Virus record (IMG/VR): IMGVR_UViG_3300030107_006707
Coordinates: 1 to 64,000 of that record
DNA length: 64,000 nt
Source of the DNA: a virus
Strand: one strand, 5' to 3'
The position numbers and the translations under genes were made by a program. Under the pieces are notes generated by a model, which worked only from the letters and a program-made list of their open reading frames with translations, was not told the DNA's origin and made no database searches. Position 1 is the stretch's first letter; each line of letters starts with the position of its first letter. Positions 31,864-41,448 of the stretch are shown piece by piece.

Positions 31864-32810
31864 ATAAAAACTTTCTTATAATATTCTACTATGTGTTTTA
31901 TCTCTTTATCAAACTCACGTTTAGGTTCCCATCCTAAGTTTCTAAGTTTGTTATCATCTACCGAGTATCGGACATCCTGACCCTCTCTATTGTGAGAGAA
32001 GTCTAGATATTCACTATAATCATCTATTTTTTCTTCAAGGTAACAGTCTATAATCTTTTTGACTGTATCAATGTTTTTTTGCTCAAACCCACCAGATATA
32101 TTGAAAATTTGGTTTTTTACACCTGATTCCATAATAGTAAGAATAGCATTAGCAGTATCTGAGGCGTGTAGCCAATTTCTAACTGGCTCACCGTTATTAT
32201 GTAACCTTATTTTTTTACCTCTCTGTAGGAGCTTGATTGACAAAGGAATAAGTTTTTCTGGGTATTGAAAAATGCCATAGTTATTTGTTGGCCTGACAAT
32301 AATATAATTTGTACCGTATGTACGATGCCAAGACTTTATCAAGTGATCCGCCGCAGCTTTTGTTGCGGAATATGGATTGCTTGGATTTAACTTATTATCC
32401 TCCATAAACGAACCATTTTCTAAATCACCGTATACCTCATCTGTGCTAAAATGCAGAAGAACTGGTTTCTCGCAAACATTGCTCGGCTTACTTTGAATAA
32501 TCTTGAGCAAATTTTGCACACCGCCAATATTAGTATTAATAAAATCAGTGCCATCAATAATACTGTTACCAACATGCGACTCTGCTGCTAAGTTAATCAC
32601 ATAGTCACAATCTGGGATAGATTTTAGATCACATATATCCTCTTTCAGGAATGAAAACCCTGGCTCACCTGTAAGAGATTTCATCGCTTCCCTGTTTGCT
32701 GCATAGGTTAATTTATCAACACCCATGACAAGATAGCCTCTGTGTAGTAGCAATTTCGCAAGATGAGATCCAATAAGTCCCATACAACCTGTGATGACAA
32801 CTGTTTTCAT
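31857..32810 (-). CDS. rfbB: dTDP-glucose 4,6-dehydratase (extended SDR)
   Basis: TGCMGLIG, DKLTYA, AAESHV, STDEVYG, PSNPYSATKAA, NNYG..Q.PEKLIP, RNWLH, D.RY. Confidence 0.9.
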   Translation of the reverse strand: MKTVVITGCMGLIGSHLAKLLLHRGYLVMGVDKLTYAANREAMKSLTGEPGFSFLKEDICDLKSIPDCDYVINLAAESHVGNSIIDGTDFINTNIGGVQNLLKIIQSKPSNVCEKPVLLHFSTDEVYGDLENGSFMEDNKLNPSNPYSATKAAADHLIKSWHRTYGTNYIIVRPTNNYGIFQYPEKLIPLSIKLLQRGKKIRLHNNGEPVRNWLHASDTANAILTIMESGVKNQIFNISGGFEQKNIDTVKKIIDCYLEEKIDDYSEYLDFSHNREGQDVRYSVDDNKLRNLGWEPKREFDKEIKHIVEYYKKVFIW

Positions 32811-33262
32811 TATTGACCCCCTAAATGATTTTTATAATGACCAACATAATCACTACAAACACCATACACATCTTGCTGTAGTGCTTTTTCTGTTTCTTCT
32901 ATTGTTCTGCATACCATAATAGATCTAGAGGTAACATGTTTACCAGGATATGTCCAAATAAAGTTTTTACTAGTCAGTGTATAATCATCTGTTTGGTGCC
33001 AAAAACATTGTGCTCCAACATTAGTTAAGTGTTCTAAAGCATCTAAGTTCTTAGCATGACACCACATTTGAGGATGCAATACAAAATCAGTTTGCACAAA
33101 TATAGATGGTTCATCATGACCTAAGTATAACTTACCATCTTGCGACCATACATCAACCTCTACATGAAATCCCCTACTAATAAGTTCAGCTATTTTGGTA
33201 GGATTGTTTTCCAACAAATCATCTGGTCCAAATAAATTGCCACGATGCGATACTAAAATCAT
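32810..33262 (-). CDS. Small glycerophosphodiester-phosphodiesterase/PLC-like protein
   Basis: SHRGN..G....EN, VEVDVW, LGHD, WCHAKN, GVCSDY motifs. Confidence 0.65.
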   Translation of the reverse strand: MILVSHRGNLFGPDDLLENNPTKIAELISRGFHVEVDVWSQDGKLYLGHDEPSIFVQTDFVLHPQMWCHAKNLDALEHLTNVGAQCFWHQTDDYTLTSKNFIWTYPGKHVTSRSIMVCRTIEETEKALQQDVYGVCSDYVGHYKNHLGGQ

Positions 33263-34134
33263 TTTTTGTAAAACTCCTCTTTAGTGTAAGACCAATCACA
33301 CATTGGCCCATGTGATGTTACTCTTCCATCAGAGTCAAATATGTGCCATCCATTTGCACGACCCCAGTATATCTCAGGATAATCATATTGTAAATTTATT
33401 ATTTTGTTTTTAGTGTTTGTCCAGTCATTCTTTAGACGATTATAGTTCCACCGTAAGTCACAAAAACCAATCTCTCCTATATCTCTAAACGAGCAATTAT
33501 GTCTTAGTAAATCGTTCCAGTTTTTTCCATTGTACAATGGGGCATCACTATATTGCTGTGGAGGATATACCCCCGTGAAGTGCTTTACAAAAGACGCTCC
33601 TGTGTGTATAAGCCCATCAGCATGAAATGGACGATTGTTCTTATTCCAGATTGACATCAATAAATCAATTTCCCCGTACATAAAACAATCGCCAAATTTG
33701 TAAAACATTTTACCAGTTTGCTGTGTTAGTAAAAGTTTTTTTCCCTCTTCCTCTAAAATATTATCGCAATAAGTAGCGATCTCTCCCCTGGCTAATACAG
33801 AATCGCCACGAGTCTTGACACAATAGTCAAACCCTTCTTCTTGTGCTTTTTGTATCCCTAAGAAAACTGATTTATATTGTGCGGGCATACCAACCACTGT
33901 GCCCCCACCGTCAATTGGGTGCAAGTCCTCCCAGATAATATCGTCACACATTTGTTTAGTTGACGTGAGTGGTTCATGTCCATGACCAGTTAAGATAATA
34001 TATGCTGCGGGATTATTGATTCTTAGGTTTTTTATATTTGTGTCCAGAATCTCTTTTTTATCCTCAGCAGATAAACTACCTTGAGGATCAAAATCTGGTA
34101 TGTGTATCTGTGTTACAATGCAATTAATGTCCAT
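33259..34134 (-). CDS. Putative glycosyltransferase-like protein (WavE-like, KxRxD motif)
   Basis: Start reassigned to MDINC (ATG 34134); YCVKTRGDS and FGDCFMYG motifs; glycan island context. Confidence 0.5.
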   Translation of the reverse strand: MDINCIVTQIHIPDFDPQGSLSAEDKKEILDTNIKNLRINNPAAYIILTGHGHEPLTSTKQMCDDIIWEDLHPIDGGGTVVGMPAQYKSVFLGIQKAQEEGFDYCVKTRGDSVLARGEIATYCDNILEEEGKKLLLTQQTGKMFYKFGDCFMYGEIDLLMSIWNKNNRPFHADGLIHTGASFVKHFTGVYPPQQYSDAPLYNGKNWNDLLRHNCSFRDIGEIGFCDLRWNYNRLKNDWTNTKNKIINLQYDYPEIYWGRANGWHIFDSDGRVTSHGPMCDWSYTKEEFYKK

Positions 34135-34765
34135 ATTGGTATCCAAACAATGCAATATCTTTTGCGTATATTTGAGCTACCTTATTAACACTCTCTGGGT
34201 CATAATATTCCGTATAATGCCCATGATCAGTAGTCCTATGAATACGGACATCATAATGTGGATGTTTTCTTCTATAATTTGGGAAACCTATCTTATTCAT
34301 TAAGTTATTAACATCATCTGAATAGTTTTCTACTCTCATAATGTTGTCTACAGATTTATCTGCTGCGTGTGTGTACAAGTGTTGTGGCAAAAAATGAACA
34401 TCTTTAATCCAGACGCTATTTTCCATATTCATCACAAAATCTTTAAAATCTTTATACTCAGATAATAATGGCCTGTCAAATATAATTTGACCAGAATATT
34501 GGTGCATTCTATTTTGTGTAAAATCTAAATATCCAGACAATAATCTGGACCATGGATTTCTTACCATAGCGAATGAATAATAGTCCCTGTAGTCTGGATT
34601 AAGATCCAAGATTTGTTGATAATTTCTGTGATGTAAATGTGGCTCAGGGTCTGATCTTTGATCTCCTTCTAACCTAAAAAGATCTTTTAGCAAAACATGA
34701 AGAGCAGATCCTGCTGCCTTTGGGTTGTGTACGAAAATTATTCTTTTCTGATCATCTATAAACAT
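34124..34765 (-). CDS. Carbohydrate sulfotransferase (Sulfotransfer_2 family)
   Basis: PAPS-binding FVHNPKAAGSA and VRNPWSRLLSGY; HFLPQ; C-terminal Y.KD..LFGY. Confidence 0.88.
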   Translation of the reverse strand: MFIDDQKRIIFVHNPKAAGSALHVLLKDLFRLEGDQRSDPEPHLHHRNYQQILDLNPDYRDYYSFAMVRNPWSRLLSGYLDFTQNRMHQYSGQIIFDRPLLSEYKDFKDFVMNMENSVWIKDVHFLPQHLYTHAADKSVDNIMRVENYSDDVNNLMNKIGFPNYRRKHPHYDVRIHRTTDHGHYTEYYDPESVNKVAQIYAKDIALFGYQYGH

Positions 34766-34766
34766 T

Positions 34767-35822
34767 TTAAGTCCTACTCCATCTCGCCCAGAAGAACAAT
34801 TCTTTTTCTGAGGAAAACGTTATCCCAGCACTATTCCAACGAGCCACATAGTGTCCTAAACTGTTTATATCTACAACTTTAAATGGTTGATCATATTCAT
34901 TCCATTTGGACCATTTTCCTTGTGTTATACCTTGCGCCCAAAGCCAAGAACAAAATAAAATAGTCTCAGGACATAATTTATCTTTTGGGTGTAAGACATC
35001 ACGGTTTGCAGGTCCACCTGGGATTCTGTTTTTATCAACAAATATATGCCACGTTTGATTTTTGAATTCGTCAGCCTCTTCTTTACTGCTGAATGTATCT
35101 GCTTCATATATGTTCATATCATTATCATAAAGAGCAAAAAGGTTGTTTGCAGCAGCGTATAAATGTTTAGTTTTAGCCATAAACACATGATCGCCAATAT
35201 GGATACCGTGCTTACGTTTAAACTTCCATGCGTCATCATCTCCAATGTATGGCCAAGTTGGCTTACAAAATATGTTCCCACAAATAAATTTATTAGGATT
35301 TTCATTGAATACTTCTATAAGGCGACTAAAATCGCCATAACATTCATCAGTCCTCATTTTAATAACATATGGATTACTAACTTCTCTAAAACCATTTGAC
35401 ATAGTGTACAAAGCATAGTGAAAAGTTGTGAGATAATTAAGGTAATCAGAAACAAATCTAGCTTTACCGTCTATTTCTTCTATTGAGCCAGGAATAGATG
35501 GGGAAAAAACAAACTTAATCTTCTCCTTGCACAAATCAAATATTTCATCACCTTCGTCATACCCAAGTCGTTTTATAAGAACTTCTTTTATAAATTGCAG
35601 TGGCAGATTATCTAGATTTTCACAATATCCATCATCTTTGTGCATTCCGCAGCATGGACATCTTTCTATCTCATATGTTGAGACAACAATTTCATCAAAA
35701 TACTCCAAGTAACTAGGTAAGTGCTTGATCCAAGTTATGGTATGATTTTGATCAAAGTTGTTATTAGAAAAAGTAACTGGACCTTGAATCATTAAGGATA
35801 TATTTTTACCGTCTGCTAACAT
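34767..35822 (-). CDS. WavE-like lipopolysaccharide/glycan synthesis protein
   Basis: ISLMIQGP, IVVSTY, VIKMRTDE, IGDHVF, PE motifs; carries a CPCC..H....C segment. Confidence 0.6.
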   Translation of the reverse strand: MLADGKNISLMIQGPVTFSNNNFDQNHTITWIKHLPSYLEYFDEIVVSTYEIERCPCCGMHKDDGYCENLDNLPLQFIKEVLIKRLGYDEGDEIFDLCKEKIKFVFSPSIPGSIEEIDGKARFVSDYLNYLTTFHYALYTMSNGFREVSNPYVIKMRTDECYGDFSRLIEVFNENPNKFICGNIFCKPTWPYIGDDDAWKFKRKHGIHIGDHVFMAKTKHLYAAANNLFALYDNDMNIYEADTFSSKEEADEFKNQTWHIFVDKNRIPGGPANRDVLHPKDKLCPETILFCSWLWAQGITQGKWSKWNEYDQPFKVVDINSLGHYVARWNSAGITFSSEKELFFWARWSRT

Positions 35823-35831
35823 AGATTTATT

Positions 35832-36314
35832 TTACCTTGACAAATTGATATAAGTTGGTTTTCCGTTATACATAGTCTCTTTAAATAATCGCTTCATGTC
35901 TTCTGGGTCTTCTGGCCAGAACTTCTCTATATTTTTAAATCCACTAAGATGCTCTTTATCATCAGTTGCCCAGTGGGACCAACCTAACCAAAGATAGTCT
36001 TTGTCTCTTCCTGCGCCAACAAGCTTGACTGGAATCTTTTCGTAGTCAACGTAGTTCCTAATAAATTCAAATGGGCGATACAGAGTAAACGGTGTCATAG
36101 AATAACATACTACAAGCTTACCCTCCTGGGCTAAGCCGATACTCATCCCCATCATCAATTGTTCTGCTGCCCCTGGGTTGATAACCCTATCTGGGAACTC
36201 TTCACGGATTTCATCAAAGTGTCCGTAACCCAAATCACCAACAACAAATACAATATTGTCGTTCTCTCTCATCTCTTCATGCAGTAAGCTAACAAATGTT
36301 TTTCTAACGCTCAT
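35832..36314 (-). CDS. Transketolase-like, pyrimidine-binding subunit (truncated)
   Basis: GDLG, R.IN.G.AEQ.M.G...GLA..G, RPFEFIR, SH...D, P.YI; lacks the C-terminal transketolase domain. Confidence 0.85.
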   Translation of the reverse strand: MSVRKTFVSLLHEEMRENDNIVFVVGDLGYGHFDEIREEFPDRVINPGAAEQLMMGMSIGLAQEGKLVVCYSMTPFTLYRPFEFIRNYVDYEKIPVKLVGAGRDKDYLWLGWSHWATDDKEHLSGFKNIEKFWPEDPEDMKRLFKETMYNGKPTYINLSR

Positions 36315-36948
36315 TATTTAACATCTCCGTGCCTAGTTTATAATCTTCCGCTGTAAGCTTACAGTAGTGTGCATCTAGGTCTTTCAAGAATGGGAAATAT
36401 GAGTTGACATCGGTTTTGTAAAAGTGTATCCTTGGCAAGAAAGCTTTGCAGCGACGCTCAAGATATTCTACATCCACTGGATCATAACAAGCCCAACCGT
36501 TGGCATTAACATAAATTTCCATATTGTCAACATTGTATTCCTCTATGTATCTTAGTGCCTCCCAAACTGAACCTTCTGCACATTCTCCATCACTAACCAT
36601 GACATGAACCTTGCGATTCTTATTTGCTAGTGCCCGACCTACAGCAATGACTATACCAGAACCCAGACTACCAGTTGATACATAGATGTGATTATCCTCA
36701 TCCCAGTTAGGGTGTCCGCCGTGTTTTTCTACCAGAGCATCTGCGTCAACATGATCGTAATATTTTTCTAATACCACATATAAAGCATAAGCAGCGTGGC
36801 CATTTGATAACACAAATATATCATCTTCATTTTTGTTTTTGAAGATCTCATCAATTATATCCACACAAGTAAAGCAACTCCCAACGTGCTCCTCGTTGTG
36901 ATCATATAGAAGTTTTAACAATCTTTGGTGTAGAACTTTATCGCTCAT
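36304..36948 (-). CDS. Transketolase-like, N-terminal TPP-binding subunit
   Basis: HVGS, FVLSNGHA, GHP, STGSLGSG, SDGECAEGSVWEA...N motifs. Confidence 0.88.
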   Translation of the reverse strand: MSDKVLHQRLLKLLYDHNEEHVGSCFTCVDIIDEIFKNKNEDDIFVLSNGHAAYALYVVLEKYYDHVDADALVEKHGGHPNWDEDNHIYVSTGSLGSGIVIAVGRALANKNRKVHVMVSDGECAEGSVWEALRYIEEYNVDNMEIYVNANGWACYDPVDVEYLERRCKAFLPRIHFYKTDVNSYFPFLKDLDAHYCKLTAEDYKLGTEMLNNER

Positions 36949-38111
36949 TTCATCCCCAATGTCTTACTCATTCTGGTCATGTGGCGTCCACCATCAAATG
37001 AGGAGTTCTTCCATAATTTCACCATACTATCAAACGTAGACTCGCTAACGTATTTACTGGGTACTGAGAACCAATTAGCACAATTGTGGGTCATTGCATG
37101 TTCGGCTGTATATTCATCAAACACCAATGCTGCAATAGTGCCATTCATATTGCTGGCTAATATATTTACTCCTTGCCCTGTACGGCAGAATCCAATACCA
37201 AAGTCACAAATATTATTTTGGATTGCCCTAATAGCTTGAGACACATAATCGTTATAGTCACAGCTTTGGTTTACATAAGTTCCAAAATCAACATACGGAA
37301 CGCCGTTAGCTTCTAGTACTCGCCTGGCCATCTCTTTAGCTTCAAACCCTGAGTGGTCGCAAGCGATAGCTACTGGCTTCTGTCCAAACCTTGGTGCTAC
37401 ATGGTTTACAAAGAACTCCAACTCTTGTGGTGTTCCTAGGACGTGCATCTTCTCTACTTGATGAATACCAACCTTAGCGCCATCTCGGATCATGAGGTTA
37501 TACATCGGACAGATATAGAACTCATTCTTTACACGAATATTTGCTTCAATCATTTCTTCGGCATACTGAATGAACATCTTACCAGTCTTATAATAGTAAA
37601 CACCAACAGCAGCGTTCTGACTGATCACTTCCTTCTCTGCTGTTCTGGTTGCATAGCCATCTTCGTTCATCTCAACATAACTGTGTGCTGGGCTATTTGC
37701 TTTGAACGTCAGTAGGTAGCCATCCATTTCCTCTGGTACAGATGCAGGGTCAAACTGATTCTGGTAATACACATCAGGCGTATAGATAAACAGCGGCAGA
37801 TCATTATCAATATACTCTCTTGCTAGCAAGCATGTAGATACCGAGCCATCGGTGATATGATCTACTACGACAATCTTTACATCCTCACCAAACTTATCTT
37901 TTAGGATTTGATCAATAGAAAAGTTATGGATATGGTCTAGCCGCACTGCAAAAATAAGATTGCACTCGTCTGCTTTGAATGAATCCATCGCCCAATCAAT
38001 AACATGCCTTGTGTTGGCCATGATCAATGGCTTGGGCATTGTATACCCTCTATCTAAAAATCTTTGTGCCCTGCCAGCGACAGGAAGTAGTACATTATAT
38101 TTCTTTGTCAT
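36945..38111 (-). CDS. Fusion: NDP-sugar pyrophosphorylase (NTP transferase) + RpiB/LacAB sugar-phosphate isomerase
   Basis: N-terminal PVAGRAQRF...PKPLI, AEK, NEFYI..YN, LGTP; C-terminal IACDHSGF, DY, CRTGQG, HN.AN, FDGGRH. Confidence 0.88.
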   Translation of the reverse strand: MTKKYNVLLPVAGRAQRFLDRGYTMPKPLIMANTRHVIDWAMDSFKADECNLIFAVRLDHIHNFSIDQILKDKFGEDVKIVVVDHITDGSVSTCLLAREYIDNDLPLFIYTPDVYYQNQFDPASVPEEMDGYLLTFKANSPAHSYVEMNEDGYATRTAEKEVISQNAAVGVYYYKTGKMFIQYAEEMIEANIRVKNEFYICPMYNLMIRDGAKVGIHQVEKMHVLGTPQELEFFVNHVAPRFGQKPVAIACDHSGFEAKEMARRVLEANGVPYVDFGTYVNQSCDYNDYVSQAIRAIQNNICDFGIGFCRTGQGVNILASNMNGTIAALVFDEYTAEHAMTHNCANWFSVPSKYVSESTFDSMVKLWKNSSFDGGRHMTRMSKTLGMK

Positions 38112-38113
38112 TT

Positions 38114-38470
38114 TTATCCTTTGTACGCTCTAATAGAGCTAATATATCCTTGTCCATTTACAGTAATAACGTCTGTTACCAGCAACGACTCATCGTCTAT
38201 ATGTATAGTAATTTCTGCCGCAACAGTTGTATTATTAATATAGAGGCCGCCAACAACTACATCTAAGTTTTGCACGGTATCAAAAAAATCTTTATTGGCT
38301 TTTAGCAAGTTATCTTTACCAGTGATTGTTGTCTCCCAGTCACGCAATGTTACATCATCACTATAAAGATCTGACAATTTATCAATATCCTTGGAACCAA
38401 AAGCATTTAGATATTTTTCAGCTATCTGCATATTAAATTGCATTTGTTCTCGCAGTCCTGTTTCATTCAT
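38114..38470 (-). CDS. SnoaL/NTF2-like protein
   Basis: YL.AF..KD...L..LYSDDV.L.DW....G...FF...DVI......I..I.AY pattern. Confidence 0.75.
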   Translation of the reverse strand: MNETGLREQMQFNMQIAEKYLNAFGSKDIDKLSDLYSDDVTLRDWETTITGKDNLLKANKDFFDTVQNLDVVVGGLYINNTTVAAEITIHIDDESLLVTDVITVNGQGYISSIRAYKG

Positions 38471-38472
38471 CT

Positions 38473-39342
38473 CTACTTATCTCTCAATATAAAATCAGTG
38501 GCGTATTCATGAGCCGCCTTAGTATTATGTTTTATGTCATTCTCACTATCTAACGTGTTGTAAATAAAACTAGCCGCAAAGGCATCCCCTGCGCCTAATA
38601 CATTTATCTTAGTATTTTTTATCACGTTGTTATAAACCATATGCTGAGTTTCACCTGTGCTTACACAACTGCCCTTGGGAGAGTGAACAACGGCGGCTTT
38701 TCTAAGTTTGTTTTCTAAAGACATGGCCGAATAAATCTCTACCTTTTCATTAGTTATACTAAGAGCGCTGTCCTCAGATACAATACCATAGTCAACGTGT
38801 TCTAATAGTTTCAAAATATTATCTTTCTGTTTTTTACTATGTGATGATAAGCACATATCCATGGATATAATACTATCAGTTGATAAACTTGTAAAGTGAT
38901 TTTTTGTTATACCATCCAGTGTATCAAGATACATAAAATGATACCACTTAGCAGGTGGTAAGTAAAAGCTATCATGCTCCCTACAAACACCCCAGTTTAC
39001 CACACTACTTCTTGTTTGGGTTTCAGTTTCGCATAGCACTATTGCACTAGTTGTAAGCCCAGGGACTTTTTTAACATTATAATCAAATGAACTGTTTTCC
39101 TTCTTCATGTCAGAAAGAACTTTTAGCGCCATAGCCCCTATATCATCGTCTCCAACAACAGACGATAAAAATACAGTTTGTTTGTCGCATAGTTCTAATA
39201 AACACCGCACGGTGTTGATAGTGCCACCAAGATCAACCTTAGCTCCATGACCAAGATTAGAAACCCCTGTCTTATAGGTATCCAATATTTGTATAGTGTC
39301 AAAAAATATGTTACCTACAACACAAAAATCAAAACTTTTCAT
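38473..39342 (-). CDS. PfkB/ribokinase-family carbohydrate kinase
   Basis: VVGN..D, GG..N, VGDD..G, C-terminal VLGAGDAFAASF. Confidence 0.85.
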   Translation of the reverse strand: MKSFDFCVVGNIFFDTIQILDTYKTGVSNLGHGAKVDLGGTINTVRCLLELCDKQTVFLSSVVGDDDIGAMALKVLSDMKKENSSFDYNVKKVPGLTTSAIVLCETETQTRSSVVNWGVCREHDSFYLPPAKWYHFMYLDTLDGITKNHFTSLSTDSIISMDMCLSSHSKKQKDNILKLLEHVDYGIVSEDSALSITNEKVEIYSAMSLENKLRKAAVVHSPKGSCVSTGETQHMVYNNVIKNTKINVLGAGDAFAASFIYNTLDSENDIKHNTKAAHEYATDFILRDK

Positions 39343-39865
39343 TTTTATCTAACGCTTCAATATCTTCCATCGTGCAATCATTGACCAGACCACGTTCTAA
39401 CATCAGCCCAACCATTTCCATAACAGCGTTACAGCCGCCATTACTTTGTAAGACATTATGATAACCTAACACAGAGGTGCAGATCATCTTTATTTCCCAA
39501 CATGCATCTGCTGGGCAGAAAGGGTGCTCCACTGCCTTCATTATACTACTGTCAAACAAGTCATCACCAATATAGGCCATGTGTTCTGGTGTAACATTAT
39601 ATTTCTCTATCAGTTCAGGAATAAAATCTACCTTGTCTTTACCACGGGCATAGAAGAAGTCAATGTTTCTATTCTTAGCCATTGCCTGATTGACTGTATC
39701 ATCTCCTGATAAAAAGCATACCTTTACGCCCGCTCCCCGTAAACGCTTGATCGCTGTAAAATCTTTATCGCAGTATGTCTTAGCAAATGGCATACCGTCA
39801 GTGTTATAATACTTCCTACCATCTGTCATTACGCCATCTATGTCAAGTATTACTAACTTTATCAT
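39329..39865 (-). CDS. KdsC/YrbI-type HAD sugar-phosphate phosphatase
   Basis: LDIDGVMTDG, D..AI, LSG, K, YIGDDLFD, PADA, GG..A motifs. Confidence 0.88.
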   Translation of the reverse strand: MIKLVILDIDGVMTDGRKYYNTDGMPFAKTYCDKDFTAIKRLRGAGVKVCFLSGDDTVNQAMAKNRNIDFFYARGKDKVDFIPELIEKYNVTPEHMAYIGDDLFDSSIMKAVEHPFCPADACWEIKMICTSVLGYHNVLQSNGGCNAVMEMVGLMLERGLVNDCTMEDIEALDKNEKF

Positions 39866-41448
39866 GTGGTACCCCTAATGTCCTTATCAATGTTATATTC
39901 TTCTAACAGGTTCCCTAGTTCCTCTGGGTAATCTGTTAGGTTCCATTTTCCTTTTACAATTGCAGTGGCAACATATGGATATACACTTGAGTCCCAATGA
40001 AACATTCCTCTTTTAGGTTCGTTTGCATAACAATATGCACCATAAATATTATTTTGTTTACATGCTTCTGTTGCCATATGTTCAAACTCTGATATATGAT
40101 CAACCTCAGTATCCTCATATACAATTTTTAGCATGTCTATATCCCATAATGTTGGCTGATTTGCAAACTGAAAATATTGATCCTGAACTATATGAAACAT
40201 ATAACCTATTAGTGGTACCTTAACCTCTGGCTGATTTTGGATCATCTCTCCACCTTTGATAAGTTTTATATAATCTATACCAGGGGCTGGAGGAGTATTA
40301 TAAAAAGAACTCTTCAATACTCCAATCATGGTGTTAAGTGAATTAACTTTTGGTTCCTGGTATAGCGGCATATCTTCATGATGAAATATACAGTATTCTT
40401 CATCTATCTTCTCTAAACAACTAGACACTCTCTCGGTGTAAGACATTTGATCATCATATAATAATGCTTGCCAGTTTGCTGGAATATTATCGTCTTTATC
40501 AGCAATAACATACCTTTTTATGTGCGATGGTAAATATTTATCTGCTTGACCAAAAAACATAGGCCATACATCACTGTAGTCACTATGAGAATACATAACA
40601 ATTGCTAAATCATGAAGGTGACTATTTGTTACTTCTAGCAATACAAGTTTATCTTGCAAGCCAGCATCATAAAAAAACCATTTGTATAGCTTATGATTAT
40701 CTATGCAACCCCATCTCTCAAACTTTTGTAAGTTTTCAGTTCTGTCTTTAGGGTCTTTCAATAACTCTTGACTGTTTGGGTTTTCTGCGTTGCTGTGAAT
40801 CCAACCACCTGTGACACTTTTAACATAATCACTATCTGGTTTGTAGTAATCAAGTAGTTTATCATACAGACCAGCTACTACATCCATATTTTCACTGCTT
40901 GAATAAAACCAGTGGTCTGTAAATCCCCAGTTTGTTTGGTCCCAAAAAGCCAAGTAAATTTTGTCCATATCTAGACTTGGATCAAATTTAATATCCGTAG
41001 CATAGTGCTTATTTATATATTCCTTACCTCTTGTCCCTAAATCTGTTCTAGCCATTATAACAACATCATATTTGAAGTTATTTTCTTTTTCATAATCTGA
41101 CTTCAGTTTTACAGATTGTTTTCTAGAATATGCAACGCTAAACGATTGAAATATAGAATTACCTCTGTAATCAGTTTCACTTCGGTTAAAACCTTCATCA
41201 AACCAGTCTTGATCCAAATGACTAAGTTCCTCGGTAAATTGTAGTTGCTTCTCATATTGTATTGCAATTGGATCATAAAGTTCTGATAAAACTCTGTGTG
41301 ATTCTTCACTTTGTTCCCAACAATGAAAAAACACATCTACATTACCATGACTTAGAATATGTTTATCTATATATTTTTTAGCTCTCCTGGCAGCTATTTC
41401 ACCACCACTATTTAAAAAATATCCATGCATACATAAAGCTATTCTCAT
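39862..41448 (-). CDS. Two-domain putative glycosyltransferase
   Basis: N-domain RIALCMHG...DVFFHCW...YDVVIMARTD...DHWFY; C-domain SHSDYSDVW...IFHHED...QPTLW...TAIVKGKW. Confidence 0.6.
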   Translation of the reverse strand: MRIALCMHGYFLNSGGEIAARRAKKYIDKHILSHGNVDVFFHCWEQSEESHRVLSELYDPIAIQYEKQLQFTEELSHLDQDWFDEGFNRSETDYRGNSIFQSFSVAYSRKQSVKLKSDYEKENNFKYDVVIMARTDLGTRGKEYINKHYATDIKFDPSLDMDKIYLAFWDQTNWGFTDHWFYSSSENMDVVAGLYDKLLDYYKPDSDYVKSVTGGWIHSNAENPNSQELLKDPKDRTENLQKFERWGCIDNHKLYKWFFYDAGLQDKLVLLEVTNSHLHDLAIVMYSHSDYSDVWPMFFGQADKYLPSHIKRYVIADKDDNIPANWQALLYDDQMSYTERVSSCLEKIDEEYCIFHHEDMPLYQEPKVNSLNTMIGVLKSSFYNTPPAPGIDYIKLIKGGEMIQNQPEVKVPLIGYMFHIVQDQYFQFANQPTLWDIDMLKIVYEDTEVDHISEFEHMATEACKQNNIYGAYCYANEPKRGMFHWDSSVYPYVATAIVKGKWNLTDYPEELGNLLEEYNIDKDIRGTT

